A stretch of DNA of 64,000 bases. It comes from Candidatus Poribacteria bacterium. Lineage in GTDB: Bacteria > Poribacteria > WGA-4E > JAJDTR01. The DNA lies in the NCBI GenBank assembly GCA_965222225.1, contig CBDCTK010000002.1:4512001-4576000 (forward strand), written 5' to 3'. The notes beneath the pieces are model-generated. The model did not search any database, was not told the DNA's origin, and saw nothing but the letters and a program-made list of their open reading frames with translations. This document shows, in pieces, positions 30,050 through 38,824 of this stretch; positions within the stretch are counted from its first letter, which is position 1, and every line of letters begins with the position of its first letter. The position numbers and the translations under genes were made by a program.

Positions 30050-30928
30050 ATGAGATATGTGTTAAATGAGGTATTGAGATTCATCGTGGTTGTGACGGTT
30101 GCCGCGCTCTGTGTGTCCACTTCGTGGAGCAATGAACTGGTTTTCACTGCTATACCGGACCAGGACACCTCCCGACTGGAGCAGCGTTTTGGCAAAATAG
30201 CGGATTACTTATCGGAACAGTTGGGTATCGCAGTGAGGTATATACCGGTTAAGTCGTACAGCGCCTCTGTGCAGGCGTTCAAGAACAACGAGGTTCAACT
30301 GGCTTGGTTTGGAGGTCTTTCGGGAGTTCAGGCACGGCTTGGGGTGCCGGGATCGGTGGCTATTGCTCAGGGAGCAGAGGATCCCGATTTCATCTCCTAT
30401 TTCATCGCGAATACGAGCACGGGATTAGCGTTTTCCGAGAAGTTTCCGAAAGGCATCGCCGACAAAACCTTTACATTTGGTTCGAAAGGATCAACATCGG
30501 GACGCCTCATGCCCGAGTTTTTTATCCGACAGGCATTTGAGAAATCGCCGGACGATATCTTCAAGCGGGTAGGTTTCAGCGGCGACCATTCCAAAACGTT
30601 GGCTTTAGTGCAATCGGGCAGTTATGAAGTCGGCGCCATGAATTTTAAGGTATGGCGCAAAGAGGTCGAAGCGGGTAAGGTAGATCCAACGAAGGTACAG
30701 GTCATCTGGCGTACCCCACCGTATCCCGATTACAACTGGACAATTCGCGGGGATGTGGACAAGACGTTCGGAGACGGGTTTATCAGGAAGGTGCAGCAGG
30801 CAATTACCGACATTGATGATCCGGCTATACTTGAGGCCTTCCCGAGAGCAAGATTTATTCCTGCCGACAATTCCATGTACCAACCTATCCTAGATACCGC
30901 GATTGAGGTTGGAATTATCAGGAAGTAA
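30050..30928 (+). CDS. PhnD-fold ABC substrate-binding protein, putative selenate-type family
   Basis: FTAIPDQD, QLAWFGGLSGVQAR, FGSKGSTSGRLMP, GFSGDHSKT motifs. Confidence 0.75.
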   Translation: MRYVLNEVLRFIVVVTVAALCVSTSWSNELVFTAIPDQDTSRLEQRFGKIADYLSEQLGIAVRYIPVKSYSASVQAFKNNEVQLAWFGGLSGVQARLGVPGSVAIAQGAEDPDFISYFIANTSTGLAFSEKFPKGIADKTFTFGSKGSTSGRLMPEFFIRQAFEKSPDDIFKRVGFSGDHSKTLALVQSGSYEVGAMNFKVWRKEVEAGKVDPTKVQVIWRTPPYPDYNWTIRGDVDKTFGDGFIRKVQQAITDIDDPAILEAFPRARFIPADNSMYQPILDTAIEVGIIRK

Positions 30929-31014
30929 CCGGGCATCATTGGCGGTAGAACGACGATTGTTGAGCTCTACCTCGTTGCTTTTACAAAATACACATCGCAC
31001 CCTTCATACCGTTT

Positions 31015-31181
31015 GTTACATAACCCAAGTTGCTACTTACAAGATTTTAGACATGCACCACCGGTTTTAATTGAGAACAATTCATTAATTGCGGAGATTT
31101 CGTAGCGCAAACTGTCAGTTTGCGCATCACAAGCACAACCTAACAGATTGTGCTACAAAGGTGGCAACTTAGGTTACATAC
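31015..31181. mobile_element. MITE-like element with ~18-bp imperfect terminal inverted repeats enclosing REP hairpins
   Basis: GTTACATAACCCAAGTTGC ... GCAACTTAGGTTACATAC; lone matching end at ~15791-15809. Confidence 0.55.
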
Positions 31182-31182
31182 C

Positions 31183-31881
31183 ATGGAACCATCCACCGAA
31201 CCCGCACTTTTCACTTTGGAGGGGGAAAGTGTCGCCTACGAGAACAATGTCGCCTTGAAAAGTGTTTCCCTGCAAATCCACAGGGGGGAGAAGGTCGCTT
31301 TGATTGGGCCCAGCGGCGCCGGGAAAACTACGCTGCTTCGCACATTGTACGACAGAGTCGCGGGAAGATCGTCATTCGTGCATCAACATTACGCGCTCGT
31401 TCCGCAACTCTCTGCCTTCCACAACGTCTTCATCGGACGTCTTGACCAGCATTCCACAGTTTTCAACCTTCTGAACCTAATCAAACCCCAGGAAAGGATT
31501 CTGGATGAGATTGTCCCAATTTTGTCCAGACTCGGGATGGAGGAGAAGATTTTCGAGCGGGTAGTCGCGTTGTCGGGCGGTCAGCAGCAACGGGTAGCTG
31601 TCGCGCGCGCGATGTACCGCGGCGAGGATATCCTGCTGGCAGACGAACCCATCTCCTCGGTTGATCCGCATCAGGCGGCAACGGTAATGGAGTTGATTAT
31701 GCAGAGCGCAGAAACCATCGTGTTGTCACTACATGCCATCGACTTTGCGTTAAAGTTTGCCAAACGGATTATCGGACTACGTGACGGTGAGGTCCAGTTT
31801 GATTTGCCGGCTGAAAGCGTTTCTCAGACCATGCTTAGCAAGTTATACGAGAGCGAGTCTGTCGGGATTAATCTGTTTTAG
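31183..31881 (+). CDS. ABC ATPase (PhnC-like)
   Basis: GPSGAGKTT, LSGGQQQRVAVAR, LLADEP; start moved past the upstream repeat. Confidence 0.88.
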   Translation: MEPSTEPALFTLEGESVAYENNVALKSVSLQIHRGEKVALIGPSGAGKTTLLRTLYDRVAGRSSFVHQHYALVPQLSAFHNVFIGRLDQHSTVFNLLNLIKPQERILDEIVPILSRLGMEEKIFERVVALSGGQQQRVAVARAMYRGEDILLADEPISSVDPHQAATVMELIMQSAETIVLSLHAIDFALKFAKRIIGLRDGEVQFDLPAESVSQTMLSKLYESESVGINLF

Positions 31882-32047
31882 TGTGAGCCAAGGGCGGGCA
31901 TGGATTAACACAGATGATCGCGAGTACGATGAAGATTCTGTGAGCCGTCGGAAAACAGGCGATAGAATGAACATCCTAGCGGGCAGCGGAGGCGATGCTG
32001 ACGGTACGTTGTTGTTCTCCCAAAAGAAATCAGAAACAGAGGCTAAT

Positions 32048-32149
32048 AGGATCTCCATCGCACGGGATTTGCTATCGGGATTTGCTATCGCCTTCGCTAT
32101 CCGCTCAGTTGAACCCTCGTTGTTCACTCAGTTAATCGCTTCCTTGATT
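32048..32149. repeat. Triple-nested 37-nt elements
   Basis: L-L-full-R-R arrangement; full unit 32077-32114. Confidence 0.8.
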
Positions 32150-32251
32150 GCGGTGTACACTCGACGACTGCGGCCCAAGAAAGAAACTGAGTTTTCAAGA
32201 AAAAACTCGGTTTCGTCGTATGAAAATAGATTTTGCTTTACTGTTCGACGA

Positions 32252-33058
32252 ATGGCTGTCCGGACCATCGAAACTTGTGTTTTTATTCTTGTTTTCATGT
32301 GCACAGTGGCGGGATGCACGAATCGAGAACAGGACCGTGCGCGGTCGGAGGGAAAACCAGACGGTTCGGCGGAGTTGACTGTTTTTGCTGCCGCGAGTTT
32401 GACTGAAGCAATCACGAAAATCTCGAGATCGTTTGAATCCAAGCGAGATGTTAAGATCTATATGAATTTTGCCGGTTCGCAGACGTTGCAACTCCAAATT
32501 GAACGAGGGGCTCCGGCAGATTTGTTCATCTCCGCTAGCCCGAAACAGATGGATGCGTTGGAGGAAAAGGGCGCTATCCATGAATCTAGTCGCCGCAATG
32601 TGTTAAGAAACAGCTTGGTACTGGTTGCTCCGATTGAGGTTTCGCGTCAAATCCAAGGACCGGAGAATCTCACACAATCGTCTATCCGACGAATCGCAAT
32701 CGGTGAACCGAGTTCCGTTCCAGCGGGCATATACGGGGCGGAAGCTTTGAAGCGCTTAGGGATTTGGGCGGGAGTTCAACCGAAGCTGATTCCGGGAGCA
32801 GATGTTCGATCTGTGCTCGCGTATACGGAGTCGGGAGAGGTCGATTTCGGTATTGTTTACAGGACGGATGCGTCGGTGAGCGAGAAGGTCAGAGTTGCCT
32901 ATGAATTTCCCACATCGAGCCACAGCCCGATTGTATATCCAGCCGCAGTGATTCGGGGCGCAAAGCATGAAGACCTCGCACGCTTGTTTCTTCGATACCT
33001 TGAAACGCCGGAAGTCAAACGCGTCTTCGAGAACTACGGATTTTCTGCCGTCAAATGA
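32252..33058 (+). CDS. modA: Molybdate ABC substrate-binding lipoprotein
   Basis: VFAAASL, GAPADLFISAS, SVPAGIY, GIVYRTDA, PIVYP; lipobox VAGC; start approximate. Confidence 0.9.
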   Translation: MAVRTIETCVFILVFMCTVAGCTNREQDRARSEGKPDGSAELTVFAAASLTEAITKISRSFESKRDVKIYMNFAGSQTLQLQIERGAPADLFISASPKQMDALEEKGAIHESSRRNVLRNSLVLVAPIEVSRQIQGPENLTQSSIRRIAIGEPSSVPAGIYGAEALKRLGIWAGVQPKLIPGADVRSVLAYTESGEVDFGIVYRTDASVSEKVRVAYEFPTSSHSPIVYPAAVIRGAKHEDLARLFLRYLETPEVKRVFENYGFSAVK

Positions 33059-33726
33059 ACCTAACAGATATAGAGGTCGCGGCGCTCGTTATATCCGTCA
33101 AAACGGCCCTGTTTAGTTTGCTGTGTATTCTACCGGTGGGTGTCGGAGTCGGGTGGCTGCTTGCGAAGGTGGCGTTTCGCGGCAAGTCGCTACTCAATAC
33201 CCTTGTGATGCTGCCTTTGGTGTTGCCCCCCGTTGTGAGCGGATATCTGCTGCTCATATTGTTTAGCAGGCAGGGACCTATCGGCGCTATTCTCTATCGC
33301 CTGTTCGGACTTGAAATTGTCTTTTCATGGTTAGCCGTTGTTTTGGCGCTCTCCGTTATCTCGTTTCCCCTGATGGTTCGCAGCATTGTGATTGCTATGG
33401 AGGGGGTTAACCCTTTACTGGAGGGTGCGGCACGGACACTTGGAGCACGACGTTTCAAGGTGTTTTTTTCAGTCACGCTTCCGTTGTCCTACCGCGGAAT
33501 CATCGGGGGGGCGATTCTGGCATTTGCCCGGAGCCTAGGCGAATTCGGCGCCACCATGATGGTAGCCGGGAACATACCCGGAAAGACACAGACTTTGCCC
33601 TTAGCCATTTTCAATTATGTGCAGACGGGTCAAGAAGTCAGCGCCTATCGGCTGGTGTTTCTATCGACGGCTATCGCTTTTGGCGCGTTATGGCTTGCGG
33701 AAAGGCGTTATCTGAGGTCGGATTAA
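33055..33726 (+). CDS. modB: Molybdate ABC permease
   Basis: LPLVLPPVVSGY, FARSLGEFGAT, GNIPGKTQTLPLAI motifs. Confidence 0.92.
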   Translation: MNLTDIEVAALVISVKTALFSLLCILPVGVGVGWLLAKVAFRGKSLLNTLVMLPLVLPPVVSGYLLLILFSRQGPIGAILYRLFGLEIVFSWLAVVLALSVISFPLMVRSIVIAMEGVNPLLEGAARTLGARRFKVFFSVTLPLSYRGIIGGAILAFARSLGEFGATMMVAGNIPGKTQTLPLAIFNYVQTGQEVSAYRLVFLSTAIAFGALWLAERRYLRSD

Positions 33727-33848
33727 TCGACTAGACAGGAGATAAGAGTTTCTTGAAACGCGTTGTACGGAGGTGAAGGATACGCACGATCGTATTAGTC
33801 TTGGTTCTACAGATTGCTGTAGTCACACTATACGGTTGTAACGTGAAA

Positions 33849-34607
33849 ATGAGTAGCCAAGAGACAACGTTACCCAAGAGAATTGTGAGTGAGAAAGACG
33901 GCACCGAGACGATCCTGATTCCAGCCGGGGAGTTTGAGATGGGGAGCCCCAAGGACGATGATAAGCACTGGGAAAGACCTATCCAGACCGTCTATTTGGA
34001 TGCGTTCTATATGGACGTCCATCCTGTCACAAATGCGCAGTGTCAGAAGTGTGTTGAAGAGACGGGTTACCCGGCGCCGAAAAAAACGCCCCCGTTCAGC
34101 CATCCACAACAACCCGTTGTTTGGGTGACATGGTGGAATGCCATGGAATACGCGCGATGGGCGGGCAAGACACTTCAATCGGAGGCGCAGTGGGAGAAGG
34201 CGGCGCACGGCGGACTCAGCGGCAAACCGTACCCATGGGGCGACGAGGAGCCGACCCCGTCGCTGGCAAGCTACAATTCAATCTACCGCATCACGCTGCC
34301 GGTGCGCAGTTTTCCACCGAACGGTTATGGGTTGTACGATATGGCGGGAACGGTGTGGGAGTTGTGCATGGATGAATGGCAGGAAGATTTCTATTCGCGC
34401 AGCCCGCGCGAGAATCCGATCGCGGGCGGGGTTGTGTCACCAATCGTAGACCTTCGTTCGATTAAAAGCCTTCGTGTTACCCGCGGCGGGTCTTGGCATC
34501 ACAGAGCCGAACACGGGTTGGATGTTTTTCATCGATCCTATAGTCCGGTAGATTTCATTGAGGACTTTCAGGGATTCCGCTGTGTGAAACTGGCGGTGAC
34601 TAAATGA
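33849..34607 (+). CDS. FGE-sulfatase/SUMF1 domain protein
   Basis: IPAGEFEMGS, EAQWEKAA, PNGYGLYDMAG, RGGSW, GFRC motifs. Confidence 0.85.
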   Translation: MSSQETTLPKRIVSEKDGTETILIPAGEFEMGSPKDDDKHWERPIQTVYLDAFYMDVHPVTNAQCQKCVEETGYPAPKKTPPFSHPQQPVVWVTWWNAMEYARWAGKTLQSEAQWEKAAHGGLSGKPYPWGDEEPTPSLASYNSIYRITLPVRSFPPNGYGLYDMAGTVWELCMDEWQEDFYSRSPRENPIAGGVVSPIVDLRSIKSLRVTRGGSWHHRAEHGLDVFHRSYSPVDFIEDFQGFRCVKLAVTK

Positions 34608-34662
34608 GAGGTTTTTCCATTGAGGCTGAATCTGCGTATATTCCTATTTTCCGGGACGCCAA

Positions 34663-36153
34663 ATGCTGAAAACAAGCCTTCTCTTTGTCGCAATTGCGCT
34701 TGTTGCACTTCTCTTGGCGGACCTTGAGATATCGACGCAGAATCCGTGGATCGAACTTGGCCGCATGGCTAAGGGAGCAGTAACTCCAGATTTCCTCGCG
34801 GTCTGGGGTTTTTGGAATGCACTTCTTAACACGGTAGTCTTTGCACTTTGCGGCATTTGCCTCGCCGTAGTATTCGGCGTCGTGCTCGCATTCTTTTTTC
34901 GTTTTACTCCCGTTCGGCTGTTCTGTGCTTTTGTCCGCGCCATTCACGAGATTTTCTGGGCGTTCATTTTCCTGCCCGTGGTCGGGCTTAACTCGGTTTG
35001 CGGCGTGCTTGCTATCGCGATACCTTACGCCGGTATTTTCGCCAAGGTTTACGCGGAGATTGTCCAAGAGTCAGACCACCGCCCCCTAGAGGGGGTACCT
35101 ACTCGGTCCGGAGGCCTGAGCCGATTTGTTTACGGCATCCTTCCCGTCATTTACGCCGATGCGAAGCATTATACCGGTTACCGTTTCGAGTGTGCGTTGC
35201 GATCCAGCGCCATTCTTGGATTCATTGGCCTTCCGACGCTTGGATTTCACTTGGAGACCGCATTTCGAGAAGGACTGTACTCCGAAGCGGCAGCTTTACT
35301 TTATGCTTTCTATTTGCTAGTTGCGTCGCTGAAATACTGGGTCAAAGCCCGCTTGATACCGCTCTATGTCGCAGCGGCGTTTGTTCTTCTGTCTTGGGAG
35401 GTCACCCTGTCGTGGTCAAATATCTCGCGGTTCTTCACTTATGAAATTCTGCCTTGGCCCATGCGTCAGGAAGGGGTATCGACGGGCACCTATGGCGTAT
35501 CGTTTGCTTGGCAGCCTGAATGGCAGTGGATGCGAGACATCATCCTGGGAGAGGGTTGGAAGGGCACTTGGAACACAGTGGTATTGACCCAGATTGTATT
35601 GGTGGGCACGGGGATGTTTACGCTGTTGAGTTTTCCGTTTGCCTGCCGACATTTCACCGGCAAGGTCGCGGGTCGAATTTCGCACTATCTGCTAATTGTT
35701 CTGCGCACGACGCCGGAGTATATTCTCGCTTTCGTCTTTGTGCAACTTTGGGGGCCGTCAATGTTACCGGCTGTTTGTGCTATTCTCCTACATAACGGGG
35801 CGGTATTGGCTTTTCTGACCAGCAACAATGCCGATCTCGTTACGTTACGACTAGACGCGCCGCATAAACGGTTGGACCGTTACTTCTATGAGATTCTTCC
35901 ACGTGTATACGGACAGTTCCTCGCTTTTCTTTTCTATCGATGGGAGGTAATGATGCGCGAGTCCGCCATGCTTGGCATACTTGGCGTTTATACGCTAGGC
36001 TTTTATATCCATAGCGCGATTGAAGCCGTTCATATGGACAAAGTGATTTTACTCATATTCGTCACTGCCGCGCTCAACATGGGGATTGACAGCGTGTCTC
36101 AGTTGATGCGCCGCCGCCTTAAAATCTCTACGAAACTGGTGACATCGGCTTGA
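34663..36153 (+). CDS. PhnE/PtxC-type ABC permease (duplicated TM domains)
   Basis: RAIHEIFWA, YRFECALRSSAILG, RTTPEY, YRWEVMMRES motifs. Confidence 0.85.
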   Translation: MLKTSLLFVAIALVALLLADLEISTQNPWIELGRMAKGAVTPDFLAVWGFWNALLNTVVFALCGICLAVVFGVVLAFFFRFTPVRLFCAFVRAIHEIFWAFIFLPVVGLNSVCGVLAIAIPYAGIFAKVYAEIVQESDHRPLEGVPTRSGGLSRFVYGILPVIYADAKHYTGYRFECALRSSAILGFIGLPTLGFHLETAFREGLYSEAAALLYAFYLLVASLKYWVKARLIPLYVAAAFVLLSWEVTLSWSNISRFFTYEILPWPMRQEGVSTGTYGVSFAWQPEWQWMRDIILGEGWKGTWNTVVLTQIVLVGTGMFTLLSFPFACRHFTGKVAGRISHYLLIVLRTTPEYILAFVFVQLWGPSMLPAVCAILLHNGAVLAFLTSNNADLVTLRLDAPHKRLDRYFYEILPRVYGQFLAFLFYRWEVMMRESAMLGILGVYTLGFYIHSAIEAVHMDKVILLIFVTAALNMGIDSVSQLMRRRLKISTKLVTSA

Positions 36154-36300
36154 CCTACGGCACGGAGTTTTGGTTCGCTGCTTGAATCCGTCAAGAAGGA
36201 TAGGGTTGGAAGAGTGGAAGGTTGGAAGTTTCACTTTCACACCGCCCTTAATAGCTCATTGTTCTAGAGCGGATGGAGGGGCTGCCGTTTTTCTGTAAAC

Positions 36301-36490
36301 TAGAACTTACGCAGTAACAGGAGGTCGCGACGGTAGGCAGGGATCAAGCAAGATCAAGGGAGTGAATAATGACCGCGATAGAGATCTTCTTGCCCTGCCA
36401 CGTATAGACGAGACGTCGCGATCTGGAGATCGCTCCTACAGGGATTGAAGCGTAGAAACGGGAATTAAACTACCCTACCACGAACCTTTA
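36301..36490. repeat. Repeat mosaic with REP split by a 37-nt element (36352-36389)
   Basis: TAGAACTTACGCAGT end; GTAGGCAGG|unit|TTGCCCTGCCAC; segment shared with 21764-21801. Confidence 0.7.
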
Positions 36491-36730
36491 GAGCCTGATT
36501 GAATAATCGGTGGCAAAGCCATTTTTGGTCATTTGTGGCAAGTTTTTTCATGTTTTCATTGTTGGCTGCTACATACCTGTGGGATTACTATCGCACGGGA
36601 TTTGCTATGGAGTTCTATCGCCTTCCTTATCCTGTCAGTTGATCGGTCACTATCCGTTCCCTTGATCGTTATCCGCTCGTTTGATCGGAGTGCGCACCCT
36701 ACGAGAAATGGTGCGCGGTGCCCACCCTAC
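36491..36730 (+). mobile_element. TTA-MITE copy lacking right TIR, containing triple-nested 37-nt elements
   Basis: tta|GAGCCTGATTGAATAATCGG...; nested block 36581-36686. Confidence 0.75.
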
Positions 36731-36849
36731 AAGTGCTTGAGTTCATCCCAACCTTCGGGGCGGCTGATATGAGTGTGCCGTCTGGATTTGTTAATCCAGG
36801 CCGAGCGGATAGGAAGCGCACCAAGTAAGGAAGCACCATATTAATTCCA

Positions 36850-37980
36850 ATGAATCGAGTTGAATCGCTTTACATCCATGTGCCCTTCTGTGCCACGAAG
36901 TGCTACTACTGCGCTTTTAATACGTACGCCTTCCACAAGGAACAGGCACACCATTATCTTGAAGCGTTGCGAACCGAGATGGAACTCTACCGTCTTGATT
37001 CCGACGGATTAAAAACGGTTTTCATCGGAGGCGGAACTCCATCAATTCTGTCCGTGGAATCGTTGGAACGGTTGTTCGAGCATTTGCACGCCGTTTTTGG
37101 GATCGAGGCAGCAGCAGAAATCACCGTCGAATGTAATCCCGGGACCGTAGATCGCCAGAAACTAGAGGTAATGCGTTCTGGAGGGGTGAATCGCTTGAGT
37201 TTCGGGATACAGGCGATGGACGATGCTACACTGCGAGAGATCGGACGGATTCACACGGTGGACGAAGCAGTCCAAAGTTATGACCTCGCACGCGGAGTCG
37301 GGTTCGACAACATCAACCTCGATCTGATATTTGCGCTGCCCAACCAAACGGTTGAGGAGTGGAAAGCTTGTCTTAACGAGGTGATGGCACTCCAGCCGGA
37401 ACACGTCTCAGCGTACAATCTGATGATTGAGGAGGGAACCGTTTTCTATGAGTCAATGCGAACGGGAAAACTTCGGCGGCTTTCTGATGAGGTTGAAGCC
37501 AAAATGTATCACGTCACCATTGACACGTTAGCCGACTACGGCTATCAACACTATGAGATTTCCAGCTTTTCCAAGCCGTGTTGTGCCGCGAAACATAATC
37601 TGGTATACTGGGACAATCAGTCATATATCGGACTAGGACCAGGTGCGTGTGGGTATATCAACGGGGTGCGTTACTCCAATATCCGTGGTGTTCAGGATTA
37701 TATTGAGTCCCTTAAACAGGGCAGAAAACCGATTGCAGATTCCGAGCAATTGACCGGGCGAGATGAAAAGGCGGAAACAGTCATTCTCGGTCTTCGGAAA
37801 CGAGACGGGATTCGGGAAGAGGAATATCAAAGGCGATTCGGCGAGTCGATTAACGATGAATTCGAGGATGTTCTCGACAAATGGATTGGCATGAATCTGT
37901 TGGAGTGGGCAAACGACTATCTCCGGTTAACTAAGCGAGGGCTTTTCCTAGCCAATGAGGTCTTCGTAGATTTCCTGTAG
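36850..37980 (+). CDS. hemW: Radical SAM heme chaperone HemW
   Basis: LYIHVPFCATKCYYCAF, GGGTPS, YEISSF, HNLVYW motifs. Confidence 0.92.
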   Translation: MNRVESLYIHVPFCATKCYYCAFNTYAFHKEQAHHYLEALRTEMELYRLDSDGLKTVFIGGGTPSILSVESLERLFEHLHAVFGIEAAAEITVECNPGTVDRQKLEVMRSGGVNRLSFGIQAMDDATLREIGRIHTVDEAVQSYDLARGVGFDNINLDLIFALPNQTVEEWKACLNEVMALQPEHVSAYNLMIEEGTVFYESMRTGKLRRLSDEVEAKMYHVTIDTLADYGYQHYEISSFSKPCCAAKHNLVYWDNQSYIGLGPGACGYINGVRYSNIRGVQDYIESLKQGRKPIADSEQLTGRDEKAETVILGLRKRDGIREEEYQRRFGESINDEFEDVLDKWIGMNLLEWANDYLRLTKRGLFLANEVFVDFL

Positions 37981-37987
37981 ATGGATT

Positions 37988-38476
37988 ATGCCGCGAAGAA
38001 ATAAAGCGCTCAAGATTGGGGATACCGCACCTCCGTTTACATTGCGCGCGGTTCAGCACGCGGATGTGGATCTCGAATCGTGCACAGGCGAAAACCACGT
38101 CATATTGGTTTTCTTCAGGGGAACGTGGTGACCTAACAGCCGCCGCCAGTTGGCGAATTTGCAGGAACATATAGAGGAATACGCGGCACTCCAAGCCGCA
38201 GTCATCGGCGTTGTTGGACAATGGCCCCGGGAGGTGCGAAATTATGCCAATCGACACGACATCACTTTTCCGCTGTTAACGGACAAAGACCGCCACGTTA
38301 TCAAGAGTTACGGTGTGCACCACCGACTGGGAATTGATGCGTACAACATCGCTCGACCTGCAACCTTTGTGATTGATAAGAACCGGGTTATTCAGTTCAT
38401 GTATGTTGGATCGCATCAATTTGATCTAGCCGACCACCAGAATCTAATTGACTGTTTGAGATCCTTGTCGTCATGA
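37988..38476 (+). CDS. AhpC/TSA peroxiredoxin-like selenoprotein (UxxS)
   Basis: ATG 37988: LKIGDTAPPFTL...VILVFFRGTW-TGA(38129-38131)-PNSRRQL, in frame with RPATFVID downstream; hairpin after UGA. Confidence 0.8.
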
Positions 38477-38522
38477 GAAATCTCGGATACTGGGGTGTTC
38501 AACGACGACGCACTCTCTTTTT

Positions 38523-38552
38523 TTGATTTGTTTATAGATGCTGTGATATAAT
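38523..38552 (+). promoter_or_regulatory. Sigma70-type promoter of rib operon
   Basis: TTGATT-18nt-TATAAT with TG extension, just upstream of the riboswitch. Confidence 0.55.
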
Positions 38553-38556
38553 ATTG

Positions 38557-38706
38557 GTCAATCGGGGTGTTCTGATTTTGATTAAATCTAAGGGAATTTA
38601 GAGCATAGGTGAAATTCCCCGGTGGCGAAAACCCGTGCGTCGTAAATGTGAAACAGATTTGGCGAGATGCTCAAACTTACGGATATAATCCTGAAGGAAA
38701 GAGACA
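38557..38706 (+). ncRNA. Divergent FMN (RFN) riboswitch-like aptamer
   Basis: GGTGAAATTCCC, CGGTGG, GATTTGGCGAGAT, GGATATAATCC..GAAAGAG elements in RFN order upstream of ribD. Confidence 0.7.
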
Positions 38707-38722
38707 GTGACAGAATTATTCT

Positions 38723-38751
38723 GCCCAAAGATGGACTTTTGGGCTTTTTTT
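38723..38751 (+). terminator. Riboswitch expression-platform terminator
   Basis: GCCCAAAG-ATGGA-CTTTTGGGC followed by a T-run. Confidence 0.8.
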
Positions 38752-38824
38752 ATTTCCGAGATTTTTCAATGACTTTCCGGAATTATAACGAAGGCCGAGG
38801 GGTAGGTAGCGCATCACGAAGGAG

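Noticed and set aside
31757-32251. Long N-terminal extension of ModA in the ORF track
   Set aside because: It runs through the ATPase 3' end and nested repeats; the lipoprotein signal begins near 32252
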